Origin: Candidatus Melainabacteria bacterium RIFOXYA2_FULL_32_9
GTDB lineage: Bacteria > Cyanobacteriota > Vampirovibrionia > Gastranaerophilales > UBA9579
Direction of reading: 5' to 3'
NCBI GenBank assembly: GCA_001784615.1
Contig: MFRQ01000153.1
Location: 1 to 50,125 of the forward strand
Length of the DNA stretch: 50,125 bases
The notes under the pieces are model-generated. The model did no database searches. It saw only the letters and a list, made by a program, of their open reading frames with translations, and was not told where the DNA came from. Below are positions 39,006 through 46,939 of this stretch, in pieces. The position numbers and the translations under genes are program-made. The stretch's first letter is position 1; each line of letters begins with the position of its first letter.

Positions 39006-39929
39006 CTATAAGTTGGGAGCCAGAACAGTCACGGCCTGACAATCAAGCTTAATCTGCTCTACTAATTCAGCTTCAGAAGCAAACCGCTTTTCGTCTCTCA
39101 GTTTTTTAAGAAAAGCTACTTCTATATTCTTGTGATATAAATTTCCACTATAATTTAATACATGAGCTTCCACAAGATTTACGGTAAGATCTCCAAAAGT
39201 TGGCCTTTTGCCGACATTAATCACCGCAAAATAATTTTCATTACCAATATAAGCAAGCCCCGAATAAACCCCGGCAGCAGGAGATATCATGTTTTCCGGC
39301 AATTCCATATTAGCAGTAGGAAAACCAAGCTGAGTTCCTCTTCGTTTCCCTTGAATTACTGCACCTTTAATGGAAAATGGCCTTCCAAGCAATTTTGAAG
39401 CCGAATCAACATCACCACTCGAAATTAAATTTCTTATATCAGAGCTGCTTGCCACCTGACCCTCTATAGCAACAGGAGGAATTACAGTAACTTTGTAACC
39501 ATATTGCTCACCATATTTCTCAAGCAACTTATGATCACCTTTTTTCTGAGAACCAAATCTATGATTATAACCTATGCTAATGTGCCTAACATTCAATCCT
39601 TCCACCAATACACTTTTAATATATTCAACAGCGGATATCTTAGACAATTCTTCAGTAAAATCAAGTAAAAGAACAACCTGAACCCCTAAAGCTTCAAACA
39701 ATTCAAGTCTATCTTCAAGATTTGTAATTAATTTTAGAGAATTTTTTGATGTAATATACTGAGGATGATTAGCAAAAGTCACCACTGTAGCTAATGCGTC
39801 AGTAGTTCTAGATTTTTCTATAGCATCTATAATGACTTTTTGATGTCCAAGATGCACTCCGTCAAACACGCCCTGTGCAAGACATGATGCAGGAATAAGA
39901 TTGGGTTTTATCTCTCTGAATACTAGCAA
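39006..39929 (-). CDS. ribF: bifunctional riboflavin kinase / FMN adenylyltransferase
   Basis: GVFDGVHLGHQ at the N-terminus and GKRRGTQLGFPTAN in the kinase domain. TTG start. Confidence 0.9.
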   Translation of the reverse strand: MLVFREIKPNLIPASCLAQGVFDGVHLGHQKVIIDAIEKSRTTDALATVVTFANHPQYITSKNSLKLITNLEDRLELFEALGVQVVLLLDFTEELSKISAVEYIKSVLVEGLNVRHISIGYNHRFGSQKKGDHKLLEKYGEQYGYKVTVIPPVAIEGQVASSSDIRNLISSGDVDSASKLLGRPFSIKGAVIQGKRRGTQLGFPTANMELPENMISPAAGVYSGLAYIGNENYFAVINVGKRPTFGDLTVNLVEAHVLNYSGNLYHKNIEVAFLKKLRDEKRFASEAELVEQIKLDCQAVTVLAPNL

Positions 39930-40194
39930 CTTAGCACCTTTAACTTACATATCTATTAAATTATAATACAAAGACACTCGTACACTTCAATCAACATAGA
40001 AAATATTATCAAACGTAATTAACTATTCAAGTTACATACAAAAAATTCTAGTGAATATTAATGAAATGCCATGTTAAAATACAGTGTAAAGAAAAATCTT
40101 ACGTTAAACTAAAAAAGTTTTTAGGAATAAGTTAAATCAATTTTATTCATTAAATACTTTTTCGACTATTACAGAGTTTGGGTGGGTAGAAAAT

Positions 40195-41277
40195 ATGGCA
40201 AAAGTCGAATTAAAAAATATTACCAAGATTTACGATAAAACAGAGACTATAAAGAAAACAAGCTTCGATATTAAAGATAAAGAATTCATTGTGCTAGTTG
40301 GCCCATCAGGATGTGGTAAATCAACTATATTAAGAATGATCGCCGGGCTTGAAGATATAACAACCGGAGAAATTTACATTGGAGACAGAGTTGTCAATAA
40401 TGTACACCCAAAAGACAGAAATATTGCAATGGTATTTCAGAATTATGCTCTGTATCCTCATATGAATGTCTATGACAATATGGCATTCGGCCTCAAAATG
40501 AGAAAATTCAAGAAGGATGTAATAGATAACAGAGTAAAAGAAGCAGCAAAAGTTTTAGATTTGACAGAATATTTAGAAAGAAAACCAAAACAACTCTCAG
40601 GCGGACAAAGACAAAGAGTTGCATTAGGAAGAGCTATAGTTAGAGATCCGGCTGTGTTTTTAATGGACGAACCACTTTCTAACCTTGATGCAAAACTCAG
40701 AGTTCAAATGAGGTCAGAAATAAAAAAACTGCATCAAAGACTTCAAACCACATTTATTTATGTAACACACGATCAAGTCGAAGCCATGACAATGGGAGAC
40801 AGAATTGTTGTGCTTAATAATGGTGTCATTCAACAAGTAGACACACCTAACGCTATTTATAACAAACCAGAAAATATTTTCGTAGCAAGCTTTATTGGCT
40901 CACCCGCAATGAACTTTACTGAAGTAGAAACCCTTTCTGATAATACTCTTAAAATAGCAGATCAGTATATAAATGTTGATGATGAATTAATAAGCATCAT
41001 TAAAAGCAATAATCTAACCGGTAAAAAGGTCATCCTGGGAATAAGACCTGAACACTTTGCCACCGGATCTACTGAATCAAAAAGCATAAAAGTAATTCCT
41101 GATCTTGTTGAAATGCTTGGAAGTGAAAAGCTTGTACACTTTATGATTAATAATAAATCATTGACAGCAAAAATATCTCCTGATTTTGAAGCCAAAGTAG
41201 GAGAAGAATTGTCATTAGTTTTAGATACATCAAAATGCTTGCTCTTTAATCCTAATACACAAAACAGGTATAAATAA
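40195..41277 (+). CDS. sugar/glycerol-3-phosphate-type ABC transporter ATP-binding protein (MalK/UgpC/MsmX-like)
   Basis: Walker [18 protein letters not shown], Walker [13 protein letters not shown]-terminal regulatory domain. No permease or binding-protein gene is adjacent. Confidence 0.9.
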   Translation: MAKVELKNITKIYDKTETIKKTSFDIKDKEFIVLVGPSGCGKSTILRMIAGLEDITTGEIYIGDRVVNNVHPKDRNIAMVFQNYALYPHMNVYDNMAFGLKMRKFKKDVIDNRVKEAAKVLDLTEYLERKPKQLSGGQRQRVALGRAIVRDPAVFLMDEPLSNLDAKLRVQMRSEIKKLHQRLQTTFIYVTHDQVEAMTMGDRIVVLNNGVIQQVDTPNAIYNKPENIFVASFIGSPAMNFTEVETLSDNTLKIADQYINVDDELISIIKSNNLTGKKVILGIRPEHFATGSTESKSIKVIPDLVEMLGSEKLVHFMINNKSLTAKISPDFEAKVGEELSLVLDTSKCLLFNPNTQNRYK

Positions 41278-41278
41278 A

Positions 41279-41452
41279 TTACGCTACAAAATCCAGACTC
41301 CGCACCTTCGATATACTGGTTATTTTTGCGTTATTGCCAAAACTAATATTTGCCTTACTAGATAATGTCATAAAAGGATCATAAGGGTTATTAGGTTCAG
41401 TCTTTACGGTTTTATCAATTTTAAAACCTGCTTTTTCTAACATATTTCCCAT
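41279..41452 (-). other. out-of-frame C-terminal continuation of the methyltransferase
   Basis: The alternative frame reads MGNMLEKAGFKIDKTVKTEPNNPYDPF..., the usual (E)ML.KAGF tail of class I methyltransferases. It is offset by 1 nt at the AAA run (rc of 41445-41447). Confidence 0.6.
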
Positions 41453-42345
41453 TCACTGCAACTGTGATAACCGTCTTCCCTGACAGGAACACCGTCATAA
41501 GACGTATAAACTTTGTATAGCATTTCATCCATTACAACGTTAAAAAGCTTCTCTGAATCATTCTTGGCATCAAATTCTCTAACAATTAATTTACCATTAG
41601 GACTTAAGATGCGACGAATCTCTTTAAGTAAACCATCAGGATTTTCGGCATGATGTAAAACCGTAAATAAAGTTACTAAATCCTGTGAATTATCAGGTAA
41701 AGGGATTTTAACCCCGTCAAATTGTTTAATTGTGAAAGGATAAGTTTTATCAGGTCTTATATATACTTCTAAGCCCGTTACTTTATCTTTCTTTAATTTT
41801 AAAGCACTACCTATTGCTGATGTTATTTCTCCATCACCACAACCAACATCAGTAAATATTTCGACTTTCTTATTTCCTAAAATGTCTTTAACTTGCCCTA
41901 CCCTTCTTTGAAATCTTTTTTCATCATCTGTAGCAAAACTGTTATCTATTTGAGGCCTAATTTTCTCAAAAAATTTGCTTAATTCTTTATAAATTTCATC
42001 ATTAGACAACTTAGAAGAGCAAAGAGCATCAATACGTTCTAAAAAAGCTTTCCCAAATTCTGGGCACTCTTTAAAATTACCACACATTACAGACTTTTCG
42101 ATCATTTCACGAACTATGCTATCCTTCCAAGCTTCTTTGATACTTCTCTGTATATTGCCTAGAAATGATATATCATTTTTGTATTCCTGATTTAAAGCTG
42201 ATGAAAATACATCTTTATCTAAATATGATAGTGACGAAGCTGCTTTTTCTTTATGCAAATTTTTCTGGAAAGCGAGTTGCACTCCAGAATTTATTTTTCG
42301 AGAAAAACAGCCAAAACCAACATCACTAATCATACATTTGTTCAC
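41437..42345 (-). CDS. class I SAM-dependent methyltransferase with long N-terminal extension; 3' end apparently frameshifted
   Basis: Motif I DVGCGDGEIT and LHHAENP. GTG at 42345 or ATG at 42333. The ORF ends ...HSCSEWEIC directly before an out-of-frame continuation. Confidence 0.7.
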   Translation of the reverse strand: MNKCMISDVGFGCFSRKINSGVQLAFQKNLHKEKAASSLSYLDKDVFSSALNQEYKNDISFLGNIQRSIKEAWKDSIVREMIEKSVMCGNFKECPEFGKAFLERIDALCSSKLSNDEIYKELSKFFEKIRPQIDNSFATDDEKRFQRRVGQVKDILGNKKVEIFTDVGCGDGEITSAIGSALKLKKDKVTGLEVYIRPDKTYPFTIKQFDGVKIPLPDNSQDLVTLFTVLHHAENPDGLLKEIRRILSPNGKLIVREFDAKNDSEKLFNVVMDEMLYKVYTSYDGVPVREDGYHSCSEWEIC

Positions 42346-42480
42346 TTTATTAATAAACCTTAAAATCCTAAGTTATTTAAGGATAAACCAACTTAAAAAA
42401 TGCTTTATAAGTATAAAAAATAAGTTTAATTTATATAAAGTTTACAAATTCTATGATTTAGTCATTTTATCTAAACAAAT

Positions 42481-42509
42481 AAAGCCTCTTACTTTGAGTA
42501 AGAGGCTTT
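42481..42509. terminator. 12-bp-stem hairpin downstream of the GntR-like gene
   Basis: AAAGCCTCTTAC (42481-42492) / GTAAGAGGCTTT (42498-42509), T-rich after it on the minus strand. Confidence 0.7.
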
Positions 42510-42527
42510 ATAAGCATTTTATAAGAA

Positions 42528-43781
42528 TTACTTATTAACTGTACGATATACAGCCATATGTTCAGGGTTAATAGATAACCAGGTGAATGAAGTTTCTTCA
42601 CTTTCATCAACCTGTGGCATGCTAATAACAAAAGTACCACCGTATCTACCACGAGAAAACTTAACAACATTCTGTTCAGAAAGTCTTTGAAGTGCTTTTC
42701 TAATGGTATTGCTACTAACTTTTAATTGTAAAGCTAATTTACTCATTGCAGGAAGCTTATCGCCAACTTTATAATTCTCTTTAATCAAGAGCTTCATATG
42801 ACGCTCAACCTTTTCATAGTTATAAAGACTTGCTTCTAAAGCTGAAGCAAAAATTGAATCTGCGTCACTACCATAAAACTGAGCTTCTGATGGTAAACGC
42901 ATAATAAATGTACCGTATCTACCTCTTTTAGACTTAAGGATGCCTTGCTCGACCAAGCGTTTCATAGCATCATGAACTGTCTTAATACTCACTTTTAAAA
43001 TATCAGCTAGTTCAAAGTGTGACGGTAATTTATCATTAACCTGAAATCTCTGGCCAATTAATTCTTTTAGATCACGCTCAACTTGATTTACAAGAGTATC
43101 TGATTCAAGATTTGCATCAATTTCGTCGCATTCGTCAATAACAGGTATATCTTTTAGAATCCAGTTAGCTTTGTTACCCCTGCAACCTTTTGATTCAATA
43201 ATACCAATGCTTGCAAGATATTCTAAAGCCAAACGTGTAGTATTTGGTGCACTACCGATAACTTTAGCTAATTCTCTTGATGAAGGAAGTGGCTCACCAA
43301 CCGAGTATGAATTTTTAACTATGATTTTCTTTAATGCCACTATTGCCTGTTCACGTTTAGAAGTTTGTTTTCTAAGTTCTGCCGCTGGACTACTAATATC
43401 TCTGACAAAAGTACCAATACGCTGTTTAGATTCAACATGCCCTTTATCTTCAATAAATCTAATTGCAGTTTGGACAGTACCGATACTAACTCCAAGATGT
43501 GCAGCAAGAGCGGCTTTTCTTGGTAGTAAATCATTCTTTTGAAGTTTACCTTCTTTTAATCCCGCTTCAATCCACTGAATTATCCAATCAGCAAGAATAT
43601 TATCTTTTGTTCTGATTGAAGTTTTAAAATCAGGAAGCTTATTTGGAAGCTCACTAATCTCAATTCTGCGCAAGTTTGCTTTTGTAATGATTTTCTTGTT
43701 GTTCAAATTCAATAATTCAGCATTTGCCATAACACTGTCCTTCACTTCTTCCTGTGACCTCAATTCATCTGCGATTACCAT
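42528..43781 (-). CDS. transcription-factor-like protein with four tandem GntR-type winged-helix domains
   Basis: Four repeats of the xLPSxRxLAxxLxVSxxTVxxAxxxLxxxGxxxxxxGxGxF pattern: LLPRKAALAAHLGVSIGTVQTAIRFIEDKGHVESKQRIGTFV; PLPSSRELAKVIGSAPNTTRLALEYLASIGIIESKG; KLPSHFELADILKVSIKTVHDAMKRLVEQGILKSKRGRYGTFIM; KLPAMSKLALQLKVSSNTIRKALQRLSEQNVVKFSRGRYGGTFVI. Confidence 0.8.
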   Translation of the reverse strand: MVIADELRSQEEVKDSVMANAELLNLNNKKIITKANLRRIEISELPNKLPDFKTSIRTKDNILADWIIQWIEAGLKEGKLQKNDLLPRKAALAAHLGVSIGTVQTAIRFIEDKGHVESKQRIGTFVRDISSPAAELRKQTSKREQAIVALKKIIVKNSYSVGEPLPSSRELAKVIGSAPNTTRLALEYLASIGIIESKGCRGNKANWILKDIPVIDECDEIDANLESDTLVNQVERDLKELIGQRFQVNDKLPSHFELADILKVSIKTVHDAMKRLVEQGILKSKRGRYGTFIMRLPSEAQFYGSDADSIFASALEASLYNYEKVERHMKLLIKENYKVGDKLPAMSKLALQLKVSSNTIRKALQRLSEQNVVKFSRGRYGGTFVISMPQVDESEETSFTWLSINPEHMAVYRTVNK

Positions 43782-43834
43782 ATATTTAAAACCTCCTGAC
43801 TTATACTTAACGAAATACCGTAATATTAAAATTT

Positions 43835-43932
43835 ATAGTAGTACAACAACGTAAACTGATAGCTTGAAATTAAGTCTGCCTGTTTCAGTGGTTATAGTCG
43901 ATAACTTAAGTTAGGTAATGGATATTACCAAA
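43835..43932 (-). repeat. left copy of 98-nt inverted repeat (upstream of the 4xGntR gene)
   Basis: The rc aligns without gaps to 45934-46031, 80 of 98 identical. The first 22 nt (TTTGGTAATATCCATTACCTAA) are identical. Confidence 0.85.
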
Positions 43933-44337
43933 TTTATTTAGCTTCCCTACCTACTTAAATATGTTGTATTTTTAAATAAGTATTCGTTGATAATAATAAA
44001 ACAAGAGCATGAAAAAAAATTGCTAAAATTTAAAAAAATATTAAGTACAAATTTTTTTTTACGTTATACAAAACAAAAAAAAATCCCAAACCAACCATAA
44101 ATATTGAGTAAAAAAAATCATAATTTATCAAAAACTTATTTTTTTATTATTAAGATTTTTTAATATCAACTAGAATTTTCATCTAAATGATTTTAATAAT
44201 CTTAATGGAAATTATAAATTCTGAAAGATTCATCTTATAAACCCAAACTAATAATGACAATACGCTGCAGCTCATTTCAGAAATAAATAAAAACTCAGGT
44301 TTCTGGAACAATATAGATAAAAAATAAATCTAAATAC

Positions 44338-44366
44338 TTGATAAGTATTTTGGCTTTAAGTAATAT
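44338..44366 (+). promoter_or_regulatory. candidate sigma-70 promoter of rpmB
   Basis: TTGATA (44338-44343), 17 nt, TAATAT (44361-44366), about 50 nt upstream of the rpmB ATG. Confidence 0.5.
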
Positions 44367-44419
44367 GTTAGTGAAAAAGTTAAAAGAGTTTAAGTATTAA
44401 AATATAAGAGGTAAAAACA

Positions 44420-44611
44420 ATGTCCAAACAATGTACAGTATGTGGAAAAACACCATTAAAAGCAAACAAAGTAAGCTTCTCAAACAAGCATCATAGATAT
44501 CGCCAATTTCCAAACTTACAATCAATAAGAGCAAACATTAACGGTACAGTTAAAAAAATTAGCATATGTACTTCCTGTATAAAAGCTAATAAAGTTCAAA
44601 AAGCCATATAA
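44420..44611 (+). CDS. rpmB: 50S ribosomal protein L28
   Basis: 63 aa. MSKQCTVCGK...VSFSNKHHRYRQFPNLQ is typical of L28. Confidence 0.9.
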   Translation: MSKQCTVCGKTPLKANKVSFSNKHHRYRQFPNLQSIRANINGTVKKISICTSCIKANKVQKAI

Positions 44612-44702
44612 TACAAAAAGTTATATAATTAAACTTACCTATTGAATTTTCATCATTCATTATAGTAAGTTTAGTATATATAATATCCAGTTATAATTAA
44701 CA

Positions 44703-44740
44703 CCTCTTTAAGGTTGCTCCTTAAAGAGGTTCTTTTTATT
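44703..44740 (+). terminator. rho-independent terminator of rpmB
   Basis: 11-bp stem CCTCTTTAAGG (44703-44713) / CCTTAAAGAGG (44719-44729), then TTCTTTTTATT. Confidence 0.8.
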
Positions 44741-44797
44741 ATGTATACCTAATAAGGACAGCGTAAAAATACTTATGGATTTTGATGAGCGAAGCGA

Positions 44798-44842
44798 GAG
44801 CTTACAATTTCGAAAACGACGAGTTTTTGAAATTGTAAGCTC
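44798..44842. repeat. 20-bp-stem perfect hairpin with adjacent repeat-family fragments
   Basis: GAGCTTACAATTTCGAAAAC (44798-44817), loop GACGA, GTTTTTGAAATTGTAAGCTC (44823-44842), one G-T wobble. GGTGACTCAGTCAC and CACTATTAAAGTCT next to it also occur in the 18.8-kb cluster. Confidence 0.7.
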
Positions 44843-45093
44843 ATTCTAATCCAATAGGTATTTTTGTAGGTGACTCAGTCACACTATTAAAGTCTTTAAC
44901 TATTTCAACCTTATATATGTGCCTTTGGCACTTCTTATAACCAGCAAATAATCGAGCAATAAAAAATGCGTAAGTATTTTTTATTGCGTCCTTAATATAC
45001 CCCGGAATCCAATTGCTTTTTCCTTTAATATTTCCCAAAATAATAAAAGATTTTCTAAAAATAAACGTATATATTCGAGGGGAGGCGTTATAT

Positions 45094-45792
45094 ATGTATA
45101 TTCATAATGAATTCCTGGAATTACAAGTTAGCATAGTCTTCTATTTAATAATGATTCCTCTCTGGGCTCTGGCATTCAACAAAATAAGGAAAATCTTTAA
45201 ACTAGATTCCATCCCCATAATTATCCTGGGAACCGCTTTCTCTTTTACCATATTAATGTTTGATCTACCGTTTTTAATAGAAATCCCGGGCAATATAACC
45301 TGCGCTACCCTGCTAAGTATTTTATTCGGACCCTGGACAAGTTTAATAATAATAACTTCAGCTTTAATGATAAAAAGCATTTTTTTCGGAGATGGAGGGA
45401 TAAGTACTTTTGCGGTAAATAGCTTTATATTAGCCTTTATTACTTCTTTTACAGGTTATTATTTATATAATAAAGTAAATTCCTCAAAAACCTTAAGAAC
45501 GATTTTTCCTAAACCATTAATTGCAGGAATTAGCGCATATTTTTCATCAATTTTCTCGGTAATATCACTAATATTAATATTTAAACTGCAAATCCTGCTG
45601 GTAGGAGTAAATACCTCTTCTGATTTTCCATATACAATACGTAGTATGATAGCTATAATGCTAGCAGAACATTTATTAATTCTCGGACTTATTGAAGCTG
45701 CGATAACTATAACAGCCCTTGTCTTTTTAACAAGAGATAATAATTATTTATTAAATCTAATAACCAAAAATAATAAACTTTTAGTCAATTAA
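45094..45792 (+). CDS. CbiM/NikM-like ECF-type membrane protein (orphan)
   Basis: The track start 45013 is TTG. ATG 45094 follows GGGGAGG (45079-45085). 232 aa and polytopic. LFGPWTSLIIITSALMIKSIFFGDGGISTFAVNSF resembles the CbiM core LLGPW...LLFGDGG. Confidence 0.55.
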   Translation: MYIHNEFLELQVSIVFYLIMIPLWALAFNKIRKIFKLDSIPIIILGTAFSFTILMFDLPFLIEIPGNITCATLLSILFGPWTSLIIITSALMIKSIFFGDGGISTFAVNSFILAFITSFTGYYLYNKVNSSKTLRTIFPKPLIAGISAYFSSIFSVISLILIFKLQILLVGVNTSSDFPYTIRSMIAIMLAEHLLILGLIEAAITITALVFLTRDNNYLLNLITKNNKLLVN

Positions 45793-45803
45793 TTCATTTT
45801 ATG

Positions 45804-45891
45804 AACAAAAGGGAAAGCCGCACTTGTCTTAGGGGCGCGGCTATCAGGCTTGGGGAGGAGATTGGGTAATTTCCCAATTCTATGGCTTTAT
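45804..45891 (-). ncRNA. candidate sigma-28-dependent small RNA with C-rich (anti-SD-like) tract
   Basis: G+C-rich island in AT-rich DNA directly downstream of a consensus sigma-28 promoter. Hairpin 45859-45881, single-stranded CCUCCCC, terminator-like hairpin AGCCGC/GCGGCU (45816-45842) followed by UUUCCCUUUUGUU. No ORF. Confidence 0.4.
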
Positions 45892-45898
45892 ATTATAT

Positions 45899-45925
45899 AT
45901 ATCGGCACGTTTCCAAAAAACTTTA
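45899..45925 (-). promoter_or_regulatory. consensus sigma-28 (FliA/SigD)-type promoter
   Basis: rc reads TAAAGTTT (45918-45925), 11 nt, GCCGATAT (45899-45906), an exact match to TAAA-N15-GCCGATAT. Confidence 0.6.
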
Positions 45926-45933
45926 ATAATTTT

Positions 45934-46031
45934 TTTGGTAATATCCATTACCTAATTTAGGTTAACGATTAAAGCCACTGAAGCAGTTAGACTTAGTTTA
46001 AAGTTACCAGTTATCGTTGAAGCACTACTAT
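45934..46031 (+). repeat. right copy of 98-nt inverted repeat (upstream of the 91-aa ORF)
   Basis: See 43835-43932. Contains the palindrome GGTAAT-ATCC-ATTACC. Confidence 0.85.
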
Positions 46032-46117
46032 TTTTTTTATTCTTTTAAGATATATTAATTTAGTATTTCAATGGATTGTAGTAATATTATTTAGTAATAC
46101 AAGGAAACCTGAGAAAA

Positions 46118-46393
46118 ATGGACAAAAAAGAATTAGTTGAACTTCTTCTAGAAAAAAAATTTGGCACTAAAAACCCGGCTGAAATTAAAAATATACTAGA
46201 AATTAATATTTTTGAGTCTTTAGACGATTCAGAAAATCCTCTTGGCATTGGAGTAGAAATTATTCTTGAAGATGAAAATGGAAACGAAATAAAAGAAGAG
46301 TATCAAATAAACAAAGAAGGTGTAATTTATTCCTGGGGAAACGCACCTGTTATTGATGAAAGAAGTCTTGAAAAGGCCCCAAAGTTAGATTAA
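46118..46393 (+). CDS. hypothetical acidic 91-aa protein
   Basis: ORF with AAGGAAAC upstream. No family recognised. Confidence 0.5.
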   Translation: MDKKELVELLLEKKFGTKNPAEIKNILEINIFESLDDSENPLGIGVEIILEDENGNEIKEEYQINKEGVIYSWGNAPVIDERSLEKAPKLD

Positions 46394-46509
46394 TCTTAAA
46401 ACCGTCATACTTAACCTGTTATGGGGTTTATAAAAGCAGAATAATTAAAACATTTTATAATTTATATCTAGTAGTAAGATTTGCAAATAATATATTAAAA
46501 GCAAACTCC

Positions 46510-46695
46510 CTGTCATTGCGAGGTGGCTAAGCCACAGTGACATTGTCAACAATCTTTCTTTAATATACAAAATCATTGATGATATGTTTGTGGCACCGTG
46601 GCAATCTATACAATATACTATTCAAGCCTTAAAATTACATTAAAGTTGTACATAGGCAAGATCCTCACGTCGATTCTCTCCTCAGGATGACAATT
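46510..46695. repeat. GTCATTGCGAG-box repeat cluster
   Basis: TGTCATTGCGAGGTGGCTAAGCCACAGTGAC, CACCGTGGCAATCT, and AGATCCTCACG...CTCAGGATGAC variant. Confidence 0.75.
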
Positions 46696-46939
46696 CGGGG
46701 AATTATAGCATATTATTTGTCGATCTATACACTAGTAGAGTGGCCAATAACATACATACCTTACCTCAACGATTATCATAACTTTTGAAACAAAATACTA
46801 GTAGTGTGATTCAATTATTAAAGATTGTCAGAAAATTCTAACAAGTAAATAGTCAGGTAATATTGATCCTATTGAGAATGAATATAGTGATATTTATTCA
46901 TAAACTGTATAGGAGTTAGCTGATTAAGGGGTAATAATT

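Noticed and set aside
39930-40194. FMN riboswitch near ribF.
   Set aside because: The region is AT-rich with none of the conserved FMN-element G-rich blocks. ribF is not normally riboswitch-controlled.
44841-45038. 65-aa minus-strand ORF from the track.
   Set aside because: It has a TTG start and no SD. Its 3' part runs through the long hairpin and repeat fragments, and it overlaps the upstream region of the CbiM-like gene. Probably not coding.
45852-45884. Plus-strand GGGGAGGAG as an SD for a small ORF starting at ATG 45882.
   Set aside because: The spacing is about 22 nt, far too long. The ORF is 14 codons and runs through the sigma-28 promoter. A minus-strand sRNA reading explains the sequence better.
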